From the NCBI GenBank assembly GCA_963822945.1, contig CAWGJO010000024.1:96001-160000 (forward strand): a stretch of DNA of 64,000 bases, read 5' to 3'. The notes under the pieces are model-generated. The model was not told the DNA's origin. It did not search any database and was given only the letters and a program-made list of their open reading frames with translations. The DNA comes from an uncultured Gemmatimonadaceae bacterium (GTDB lineage Bacteria; Gemmatimonadota; Gemmatimonadetes; Gemmatimonadales; Gemmatimonadaceae). A program made the position numbers and the translations under genes. This document shows, in pieces, positions 29,430-37,046 of this stretch (its first letter is position 1; every line of letters starts with the position of its first letter).

Positions 29430-30375
29430 AACGGTCGAGCTCCGCGTCGATGAGGGCCACCCGCTCCGCGGCCGTGCGCGGCGGTACGCGCCGCGTCTCC
29501 TCGTAGCGGGGTTTGGAATCGTCCCGGAAGAACACGCCGAGATTCACGCGGTCGGTGTCGCCGGCCATGCGCCGGGCAGCGTCGAGGTCGTGCACGTCGT
29601 GCCCCACCTGGTTCTGATAGAGCTTCGCCAACTCGGGCACTACGACGCCGTCGTCGTGCACGAGCATGTTGATGTTCGATGGATCCTGCACCGCCTTCAG
29701 ATAGATGGCGCTGGAGTAAATCGGGCAGCGCTGCAGGATGCGCACGAAGCTGAGTCCCCGATGCTGCCGCGCCGCGCGAAGTGTCGCGTACAGGTGGGCG
29801 GGCACCCACTCGGCCGTCTGGGCGACGAACGAGGCGTTGGTGACGCCGAGCGCCACCTGCAATGGGTTCAGCGCCGGAAGCCAGCTGCCACGCGGCTGCG
29901 TATTGCTGGGAAATCCCTGCGGCGTGGTGGGCGACGTCTGCTGCTTGGTGAGTCCGTAGATGCCGTTGTCCAGCAGCAGCACGGTCAGATCGAGATTGTA
30001 GCGCAGCGCGTGCACCCAGTGGCCGGCGCCGATCGAGGTGCAATCGCCGTCGCCCATCACCACGAAGATGTTGAGGTCGGGACGCTGCAGCCGGATGCCC
30101 GTGGCCACGGGCAGCGCGCGGCCGTGGATGCCGTGGAAGCCGTAGGTCTTCAGATAATGCGGGAACCGGCTCGAGCATCCGATGCCGGACACGAACACCG
30201 TGTTCTCCGGCGTCAGCTGCTCGGCGGCCAGCAGCCGCTCGACCGCCGTGAGGATCGAGTGGTCGCCGCAGCCGGGACACCAGCGGGCACGCGCCCCTTC
30301 GTAGTCGTTGATCTCGTACTCGTAGTCTTCCGCGTTCAGTTCGAGCACGGGAAGATGACAGTGGGTCATCGTCAT
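29419..30375 (-). CDS. korB: 2-oxoacid:ferredoxin oxidoreductase beta subunit (TPP-binding)
   Basis: WCPGCGD, SGIGCSSR, HGRALP, GDGD, DNGIYGLTK. Confidence 0.9.
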   Translation of the reverse strand: MTMTHCHLPVLELNAEDYEYEINDYEGARARWCPGCGDHSILTAVERLLAAEQLTPENTVFVSGIGCSSRFPHYLKTYGFHGIHGRALPVATGIRLQRPDLNIFVVMGDGDCTSIGAGHWVHALRYNLDLTVLLLDNGIYGLTKQQTSPTTPQGFPSNTQPRGSWLPALNPLQVALGVTNASFVAQTAEWVPAHLYATLRAARQHRGLSFVRILQRCPIYSSAIYLKAVQDPSNINMLVHDDGVVVPELAKLYQNQVGHDVHDLDAARRMAGDTDRVNLGVFFRDDSKPRYEETRRVPPRTAAERVALIDAELDRYAV

Positions 30376-32270
30376 GAGGCGCGTCCTCCGCGCGGCATGT
30401 GGCCGCGGATGGCGTCGGCGATCGCGCCGGGACGCAGTGGCTCGCCCGGTACGCGTGTCCAGCAGTCGACGTCCACGAGCGTCGCGTTGCGCAGCAGGAT
30501 GCTGAGCTGCCCGCGCCGCCGGTTCTCTTCGGTGATGTACGGATCGCCGGGTTCGTCGCTGTAGTTGATCTCCACCGTCATCACCTTCTTGAAGCGGCGG
30601 AAGATGTCGCGGAGCCCCGGTTCGAGCGGGGAGAGGAATCGCAGGTGCAGCGACGAGACCTTGAGGCCTTCGGCGCGCGCGCGATCCACGGCTTCCTCGA
30701 TCGCACCCTTCGTGCTCCCCCAGCCGACGATGAGCAGGTCGCCCTTCGCATCGCCGTACACCGCCGGCGGCTGCAGCAGGCTCTGCAGTACGGCGAGCTT
30801 GCGGCTCCGCATCGACGACGAACGTTGATGCACGCCCGAGCTGTACGCCACCTTGCTGCCCTCGTCGTGCGAGAGCCCGGTGACGGTGTGCATGCCGCCG
30901 GCCTGGCCGGGCACCACCCGGGTGGAGAGCCCCGTCTCCGGATTCCACTGGTAGGGTTTGTGTCCGTCGGGCACCGGGCTCAGGTCCACCGGTTCGGCGA
31001 ACCAGCGCTCGTCGGGCTTGGGCCGTTTGAACGGCGTCACGCCCGTGGCCAGGTTGGCATCGGAGAGGACCATCACCACCGCGCGGAACGTCTCGGCAAT
31101 GCGGCGCGCCGTGATCATCACGTGGAAGCACTCCTCGATCGTCGCCGGCGCGATGATGACGTGCGGAGCGTCGCCCGTCTGGCCGTAGAGCGCGGCCAGC
31201 AGATCCGACTGTTCGACCTTGGTCGGCAGTCCCGTGCTCGGCCCGCCGCGCTGGACCTCGACCACCACCAGCGGCATCTCGGTCATGATCGCCAGGCCGA
31301 GAAATTCCGTCTTGAGCGCGAGTCCCGGCCCCGACGTGATCGTGAAGGCGACCTTGCCCGAATACGACGCGCCGATGGCGACGCCGGCGGCGGCAATCTC
31401 GTCCTCGGCCTGATGCACGATCCCGCCGAAGCGCTCGAACACCTCGCTCAGGTAGTGCGACACCGACGTCGCCGGCGTGATCGGATACATCGCGCACATC
31501 TCCATGCCGGCGGCAATCGCGCCGAGGCCGATCGCCTCGTTGCCGTTCATCACGACGAGCGCGTCATCCGACGGCGCGGGGGCGACCTCGATCCGCAGAT
31601 CGAGATGCTCCTCGGCCCAGGCGTATCCGAGTTTCAGGAGGGCGACGTTCTTTTCGTAGACCTCCTCGCTTTTCTTGCGGAAGGTGTAGGCGATCTGGTC
31701 GCGGATGCGGTCCATGTCGCGATCGTAGACGTACGCCAACAGCCCGAGCGCGAACATGTTCTTGCCCTTGCGTGGATTGTCCACCACGGTCAGGCACTGC
31801 TCCTCCATCGGGACGGGGATGATCCGGTAGTCGCGCGTGGACAACTCCTTCATGGCCTGTTCCCACGCCGCCCGGATCTCCGGGTCCTCGTCGGTCGCCC
31901 ACTTGTTCTCCACCAGCAGCACGGCATCCGGGGCGAGCGCGTCGAGGCGATGCCGGGCCAGCAGCACCTGCTCGTTGAACGCCACGGCGAGTTGCGTCGC
32001 GTCACCCCAATTGGTGACCGCGGCGGACCCGATGCGAATGCGGTAGCCGCTGGCTCCCTCCGGAACGCGGGCCGGCGGCTGGATCTCGGCGGGGATGATC
32101 TCTACCGTCCAGACCCCGTTGCCCATCTTTGCCGAGACGGCGCCGAAGATCTGGCCGCACTTCTGCGCCCCTTCCCCGGAATCGGAGACGATCTCGACGG
32201 TATGTTCGGGAACGCGAAGCGCCTTCGGCCGGACGGCGCCGGCTGTCCTGGGGGCGGATTCGGTGAGCAT
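30372..32270 (-). CDS. korA: 2-oxoacid:ferredoxin oxidoreductase alpha subunit (gamma-alpha fusion, KorA type)
   Basis: DSGEG, NGNEA, YPITPA, QAEDE, TSGPG, QRGGPSTGLPTK. Confidence 0.9.
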   Translation of the reverse strand: MLTESAPRTAGAVRPKALRVPEHTVEIVSDSGEGAQKCGQIFGAVSAKMGNGVWTVEIIPAEIQPPARVPEGASGYRIRIGSAAVTNWGDATQLAVAFNEQVLLARHRLDALAPDAVLLVENKWATDEDPEIRAAWEQAMKELSTRDYRIIPVPMEEQCLTVVDNPRKGKNMFALGLLAYVYDRDMDRIRDQIAYTFRKKSEEVYEKNVALLKLGYAWAEEHLDLRIEVAPAPSDDALVVMNGNEAIGLGAIAAGMEMCAMYPITPATSVSHYLSEVFERFGGIVHQAEDEIAAAGVAIGASYSGKVAFTITSGPGLALKTEFLGLAIMTEMPLVVVEVQRGGPSTGLPTKVEQSDLLAALYGQTGDAPHVIIAPATIEECFHVMITARRIAETFRAVVMVLSDANLATGVTPFKRPKPDERWFAEPVDLSPVPDGHKPYQWNPETGLSTRVVPGQAGGMHTVTGLSHDEGSKVAYSSGVHQRSSSMRSRKLAVLQSLLQPPAVYGDAKGDLLIVGWGSTKGAIEEAVDRARAEGLKVSSLHLRFLSPLEPGLRDIFRRFKKVMTVEINYSDEPGDPYITEENRRRGQLSILLRNATLVDVDCWTRVPGEPLRPGAIADAIRGHMPRGGRAS

Positions 32271-32680
32271 CGTGCCGCGTATGCCTCGTCGTTCGTGGTC
32301 GCGCGGCTTTTCGAACCCCGGGACGGAGCCTCCGCTACCGCGCATCCTGTGACTGGTCAACGTGCACCAGATCGAGAGGCCCGCGTGGTCGACACCCTTG
32401 GTCACCAGAGCATCGGTGTCGGGATCAATCTCGACGCGCGTAATTCGCCGCCGGGAGGGTCGAAAGTCTGTAAGGTGATCGATACAATGTGGCCCGGAAT
32501 TCCCCGACAGATTTCTCCGTGTCCGCCCACCCCATCCAGCCGGCACGACAAGGGCGCATGTCGGGTCTGCGAACACGAGAAAGGGCGCCTCCGTGAACGG
32601 CACGGCGGCGCCCTCTCTGGGGCGGTACGGCGACGGGAGTCGCGTACCGCGATTCCGGTAGCCGGGACTTCAGCGCGCCA

Positions 32681-33043
32681 CTACTGCAGGACCGTGGCGC
32701 GATACCTGGGAAGGGCCGAGGCAATGGCCCGCTCCCGGCTCGGGGTGAGCGTCGGGCTCCAGGCCGGAGTGCGGCGATTTGCGATCGGGCGGACCTTCGG
32801 CTGGTCCGACCCCGCGATGAGCAACAGGAGGGCGAAGATCGTGAGCGCGAGCACGAGGGCCACACCCTCCATCCCGCCGATCACCATCAGGACCTGCGTC
32901 GCGGTCAGGGGCACCGCGTAGACCTCCCGCTCGATGGCGAGGCCAACGATCGCCACGCCCAGCCAGCCTATCATGCTGGCGATGAGCCAGCCAACGAGCA
33001 CCCTGGCGGGCAACCGGGAGACCAGAGTACGGAATCGGGACAT
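32681..33043 (-). CDS. Small hypothetical membrane protein (2 TM)
   Basis: GAGG RBS before MSRFRTL; two hydrophobic segments. Confidence 0.55.
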   Translation of the reverse strand: MSRFRTLVSRLPARVLVGWLIASMIGWLGVAIVGLAIEREVYAVPLTATQVLMVIGGMEGVALVLALTIFALLLLIAGSDQPKVRPIANRRTPAWSPTLTPSRERAIASALPRYRATVLQ

Positions 33044-33210
33044 GCAGACCTCGCGTTTGGAGGTACGGCTGCGGCCCCCGTAGGGCCGCCACCGCCAGAC
33101 GCAGTACAGCGTCGTTCCGCGCCGAGGCATCGTACACGAGCCACTACCCCATCCCTTCCCAAACGATCCCAACCGCCCGCGGGCAACAAGGCCGGGCCCG
33201 ATTCAAACAA

Positions 33211-33294
33211 TGCCCGGGGCGGGACTCGAACCCGCACGCCGTTGCCGGTGGGGGATTTTGAGTCCCCTGCGTCTACCGATTCCGCCACCCGGGC
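33211..33294 (-). tRNA. tRNA-Leu(CAA), CCA not encoded
   Basis: GCCCGGG acceptor stem, GGCGGAATCGGTAGACGC D arm, GGGGA-CTCAAAA-TCCCC anticodon arm, long variable arm, GGTTCGAGTCC T arm. Confidence 0.96.
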
Positions 33295-33304
33295 AAGAAC
33301 AGAC

Positions 33305-33333
33305 AAACTAGCAGCGCGGGGACGGCGTCTCAA
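33305..33333 (-). promoter_or_regulatory. Sigma70-type promoter of tRNA-Leu
   Basis: TTGAGA-N17-TAGTTT ending 10 nt before the tRNA 5' end. Confidence 0.6.
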
Positions 33334-33345
33334 CGCCGTCCCCGC
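33316..33345 (-). terminator. Perfect 13-bp hairpin after the ECF operon
   Basis: GCGGGGACGGCGT-TGAG-ACGCCGTCCCCGC followed by GCTGCTAGTTTGT. Confidence 0.6.
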
Positions 33346-33387
33346 TCACACCCACCCGTCTCTCCGGCTCGTTCACCCTGGTCCCGG

Positions 33388-33975
33388 TCAGCCGCCCCCG
33401 CCCCCCGTCGAATCGGGAAGCGACAGCGGTGGCGCATCCCCGCCCATCAGCGGTTGCCGCATCGTGTTGAGCTGCCGCTGGACACGCTCCTGCAGCGCCC
33501 GGAACCGCGCCAACTGCACCGGCGTCATGATGGCGGCCAGGTCCCGGTCCTCGGCATCGTTCAGATCCAGCCGCTGCCGCGGAAACGCCTGGAGCCGGTC
33601 CGAGAGCTTGGCCACGCTGTCCTGGTCCGGCTGCGCCTTGCTCAACTCGGCCCGCAGCGCCATCCGGGTGTTGCGTTCTTCGAGCTCCAATGCCTGTCGT
33701 TCGCCGACGAACTTCCGGTTGATGGGCGCGAGCTTCCGCATCTGCTCGTCCGACAGGCCCACCTGGCGTCGCACGGCGCGCGTGTACGCCTGTCGGATCT
33801 GGCGCAGCATGCGCATCCGTTCCATGCCGCCCTGGCCTCTGCCCTGGCGTCCGCGCATCATGCCCGCGCCCTGGTTTCCCCGCCGCCCGGTATCCCTCTG
33901 GGCGCGAGCGCTCGCCGGTACACTCAGCGCGAGCGCGGCCAACAGGGCCGCCACCTTCCCGAATCGGCGCATCAC
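33388..33975 (-). CDS. Periplasmic Spy/CpxP-like helical protein
   Basis: Signal peptide ending ARAQ, G/M/R-rich N-terminus, LSDEQ and MTPVQ (LTxxQ-like) motifs. Confidence 0.75.
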   Translation of the reverse strand: MMRRFGKVAALLAALALSVPASARAQRDTGRRGNQGAGMMRGRQGRGQGGMERMRMLRQIRQAYTRAVRRQVGLSDEQMRKLAPINRKFVGERQALELEERNTRMALRAELSKAQPDQDSVAKLSDRLQAFPRQRLDLNDAEDRDLAAIMTPVQLARFRALQERVQRQLNTMRQPLMGGDAPPLSLPDSTGGGGG

Positions 33976-34517
33976 ACGCCTCCGTTGTTCACGGTGACGT
34001 TCGGAACCGACACGTCGGGATCCGCCAGCGGCACCGCCGTGATCTGTTCCACGTCCTTGAGCAGCGTCTGAAGCTGTGCATCCGTCAGGTCGGCGTACCC
34101 GTAGCCGACCGACAACTCGACGTCGCCCGCGGCGCTCGTCGCCGAGGCCGAGCCATCGTTGGCGGCCACCACGGCCGCGCCCGTGCTGTCGTGAGGCGCC
34201 ACGTGGTTCACGTACTTCACCACGGCCGATCCTCCCGCGGCCAGGAAGACGACGGCCGCGGCCAGCTGCCATACTCGTGAATTCCACGAACGCCGGCGAC
34301 GCACGGCCGCCGCCGGCAGCGCCGCGACGATCCGATCCACGTCGACCGCGATTCGTGGGGCGCTGGCTCGGATGCCGCGAAGCAGTTCCAGTTCCTGCCG
34401 GCAATCCTCGCATGCACGCAGATGCGACTCCACCCGAGCCCTCGACGCAGCGTCGAGGTGCCCGTGCAGCAGGTCGGGCAGTTGGTCGCGGATCTCCGCG
34501 TTCGGGCAGTCATTCAT
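33972..34517 (-). CDS. Zinc-binding anti-sigma factor (zf-HC2) with one TM helix
   Basis: HLRACEDC ZAS motif; directly downstream of the ECF sigma gene. Confidence 0.88.
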   Translation of the reverse strand: MNDCPNAEIRDQLPDLLHGHLDAASRARVESHLRACEDCRQELELLRGIRASAPRIAVDVDRIVAALPAAAVRRRRSWNSRVWQLAAAVVFLAAGGSAVVKYVNHVAPHDSTGAAVVAANDGSASATSAAGDVELSVGYGYADLTDAQLQTLLKDVEQITAVPLADPDVSVPNVTVNNGGV

Positions 34518-35064
34518 CGAGAAACTCCTTGATCGATCGCACGGCGTTGTGATAGTGCACCCGCGCCGCGCCTTCCGTCGAGCCGACCACGTCGGCGATG
34601 TCCTTGTACGTTAGACCTTCGGTGACGCGCAATGTGAACACTTCCTTCTGTTTCGGCGAAAGCCGCTCGACCGCCTGCCGCAGTCGCGCCTCCGTCTCGT
34701 CAGCCACCACCCCGTCGAGTGCGTCGACCTCGGTGACGGCATCTCCCTCGGCGATCTGCACCCGATCCCGCCGCCGCCGGTCGGCCCGCCGCCGGTCCAG
34801 GAGCAAACGGCGGGCAATGGTGAACAACCACGTTCGCAGCGAGCTGTCGGCCCGGAACGATTCCATGGCGCCGAACGCCCGGACGAAGGTGTCCTGTACC
34901 AACTCCTCGACCTCCCGGCGTTCCCCGCAGCTGACCAGGAACCTGCCCACGGCCGTCGCGTGGCGGTCGACGAGCGCGGTTGCCGCCCGTTCGTCCCCCG
35001 CCCGCCACGCCTCGATGAGCTCCAGGTCTCCCCGTTCATCCCTGCTCCGGATCGCGTCGGTCAT
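34510..35064 (-). CDS. ECF RNA polymerase sigma factor
   Basis: EELVQDTF, SSLRTWLFTIARR (region 2); LTYKDIADVVG (region 4). Confidence 0.9.
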   Translation of the reverse strand: MTDAIRSRDERGDLELIEAWRAGDERAATALVDRHATAVGRFLVSCGERREVEELVQDTFVRAFGAMESFRADSSLRTWLFTIARRLLLDRRRADRRRRDRVQIAEGDAVTEVDALDGVVADETEARLRQAVERLSPKQKEVFTLRVTEGLTYKDIADVVGSTEGAARVHYHNAVRSIKEFLDE

Positions 35065-35080
35065 TCGTTCCCTATGGTCG

Positions 35081-35105
35081 GACGTTCCCGGCCGCGAGGC
35101 GTTAA
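35081..35105 (-). promoter_or_regulatory. Candidate autoregulatory ECF promoter
   Basis: TTAAC-N16-CGTC on the minus strand, 16 nt upstream of the sigma ATG. Confidence 0.5.
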
Positions 35106-35143
35106 GAACTTGCCGAACGGCGGGTTGGCCAATATACACCGGC

Positions 35144-35836
35144 ATGCCGGAATACCGCCTTGGCCCCGAGCGGATCGCCCATCGCGGCGCCCCGCGGGAA
35201 TTCGACGAGAATACGCTGGAAGGCTTCCTGCGGGCGGTGGAACGCGGCGCCGACGCCGTGGAGTTGGACGTCCATAGGACGCGTGACGGGGCGGTGGTGA
35301 TTCACCACGACCCGATGCTCCCCGGCCCCGACGGGCGCCCGGGCGCGATCGCCGAGTTGTCGCTGGCCGACCTGAGCCATTGCGTGCTGCCACGCGGAGG
35401 ACGGGTCCCGACCCTGTCGGCCGTGATGGACGCCCTGGGCGACCGTGCCACGGTCTACGTGGAGCTCAAGGGCGAGGGTGTGGGGGAGGCCGCCGTGGAG
35501 GTCGCCCGCAAGCACGGCAGCCGCTACGCCTTCCACAGCTTCGACCATCCGGCGGTGCTGAGCCTGCACACCCGGTGGCCCGATCTGCACTACGGGGTGC
35601 TGTTCGACGCGGGCACGCCCCATCCGGAGACCCTGGTCGCCCGATTCCCGGTGCGCGACCTCTGGCCCCACCGAAGCCTCGTGGACCAGCGGCTCGTGGA
35701 TGCGGCCCACGCCGCCGGCAAGCGGATACTCGTCTGGACGGTGAACGACCCGGACGAGGTGCGTCGCCTCACCGCCCTCGGAGTGGACGGCCTCTGCAGC
35801 GACGACGTGCGGGTACTGGAATTCGAGACCGGCTGA
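35144..35836 (+). CDS. Glycerophosphodiester phosphodiesterase
   Basis: IAHRG, ENTL, ELDV, IHHD, ELK, WTVND motifs. Confidence 0.9.
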   Translation: MPEYRLGPERIAHRGAPREFDENTLEGFLRAVERGADAVELDVHRTRDGAVVIHHDPMLPGPDGRPGAIAELSLADLSHCVLPRGGRVPTLSAVMDALGDRATVYVELKGEGVGEAAVEVARKHGSRYAFHSFDHPAVLSLHTRWPDLHYGVLFDAGTPHPETLVARFPVRDLWPHRSLVDQRLVDAAHAAGKRILVWTVNDPDEVRRLTALGVDGLCSDDVRVLEFETG

Positions 35837-35842
35837 CCCGCC

Positions 35843-36220
35843 TCACACGTTCGGCGTGCCGCTCGAAGCGGCGGCGCTCTGCGGCTCGGCCTCCGGTTTC
35901 GGCGCGTCAGCGCCGGGCGCCGGAGCGCCCGTACGTCGTTCGGCGGCCTCCTTGAGCAACGTCTCGATGCGGGCGATCTCCGCCTCGGCGGCCGACAACT
36001 CGGAGGCGTGGCGGTTGTACACGTCGTCCGCCAGTTCATTCCCCGCCGCCTTCGCCTTGTAGGTCGCATAGCCCAGCTTCCGGGCACTGCGGTCGGCGGC
36101 CTGTCGGGCGCGCATCAGATCAAGCCGGAGTTTGCCCTCGTCGATGGCGCTGTGCGCGGCCCGGCCCGCGCGCTCGACTTCGTCCTTGATCTTGTTCCAG
36201 ATCGGCACGATTTCCTCCAC
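35843..36220 (-). CDS. Hypothetical coiled-coil protein
   Basis: Helical ORF with coding-like codon use, downstream of the rpmA terminator. Confidence 0.7.
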   Translation of the reverse strand: MEEIVPIWNKIKDEVERAGRAAHSAIDEGKLRLDLMRARQAADRSARKLGYATYKAKAAGNELADDVYNRHASELSAAEAEIARIETLLKEAAERRTGAPAPGADAPKPEAEPQSAAASSGTPNV

Positions 36221-36280
36221 GACTGGGGACGGGGATTCCTACGTCGGCCGGCGGCGGAAAGTGTCGGCGGGACCCGGGTA

Positions 36281-36314
36281 AACAAGAGCGCCCCCGACCG
36301 AAGGCCGGGGGCGC
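36281..36314 (-). terminator. Intrinsic terminator of rplU-rpmA
   Basis: GCGCCCCCGGCC-TTC-GGTCGGGGGCGC followed by TCTTGTT. Confidence 0.75.
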
Positions 36315-36337
36315 CGCACATCGAGACTCGTCGGGGC

Positions 36338-36622
36338 TCAGGCCGCCGAGGTCGTCTCGCTCTCCGCTGCGGTGGGGTACACGCTCACGCGGTAGCGCGA
36401 CTTGGAGTGGTGCTCGAACTTCACCACGCCGTCGATGAGCGAATAGATGGTGTAGTCCGTGCCCAGGCCCACGTTGCGGCCGGGGTGCCACTTGGTGCCG
36501 CACTGGCGGACGATGATGTTGCCGGCCACGACCGACTCGCCACCGTACTTCTTGATGCCGCGGTACTTGGGATTGCTGTCGCGCCCGTTGCGAGAGGAGC
36601 CGACGCCCTTTTTATGTGCCAT
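36338..36622 (-). CDS. rpmA: 50S ribosomal protein L27
   Basis: [16 protein letters not shown]. Confidence 0.98.
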   Translation of the reverse strand: MAHKKGVGSSRNGRDSNPKYRGIKKYGGESVVAGNIIVRQCGTKWHPGRNVGLGTDYTIYSLIDGVVKFEHHSKSRYRVSVYPTAAESETTSAA

Positions 36623-36635
36623 GACGGAACCTTGC

Positions 36636-36953
36636 TCAGCCGAGCTGGATGTCGTTGATCATCACTTCGGTGAAGCCCTGCCGGTGTCCCTGCTTCTTCG
36701 CGTAGTTCTTCCGGCGCTTCATCTTGAACACGACGATCTTGTCGCCGCGGCCGTGCCGCCGGATCTCGCCGGTCACCTTGGCGCCGGCAAGCGTCGGCAC
36801 GCCCGTCTTGACGGTCTTGCCGTCCGAGCCGAGCAGAACGTCGTTGAACTCCACCGTGCCGCCCGGTTCGCCGGGCAGCGTGGGAATCTTGTAGTAGCGA
36901 CCGGGTTCGACACGGAACTGCTTGCCGCCGGTGCGAATGATTGCGTAGGACAT
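36636..36953 (-). CDS. rplU: 50S ribosomal protein L21
   Basis: [13 protein letters not shown]...KKQGHRQ. Confidence 0.98.
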   Translation of the reverse strand: MSYAIIRTGGKQFRVEPGRYYKIPTLPGEPGGTVEFNDVLLGSDGKTVKTGVPTLAGAKVTGEIRRHGRGDKIVVFKMKRRKNYAKKQGHRQGFTEVMINDIQLG

Positions 36954-36987
36954 GGGATCGATCAGGGTTAATGCGCGCGAGCCATCT

Positions 36988-37016
36988 AAGTTAGACGACC
37001 GCTATCTCGTTGTCAA
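36988..37016 (-). promoter_or_regulatory. Sigma70 promoter of rplU-rpmA
   Basis: TTGACA-N17-TAACTT. Confidence 0.75.
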
Positions 37017-37046
37017 CGTGGCGTCTAGGGGGTCCGGACCCGCTCT

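Noticed and set aside
32271..32603. N-terminal extension of KorA to 743 aa, and similar upstream extensions of other ORFs in the track
   Set aside because: Extensions lack family similarity; downstream starts have an RBS or overlap the previous stop.
33211..33294. tRNA-Leu as the attachment site of an integrated island covering the left half
   Set aside because: No integrase, no duplicated tRNA 3' end seen in the window and no obvious GC shift. The boundary is suggestive only.
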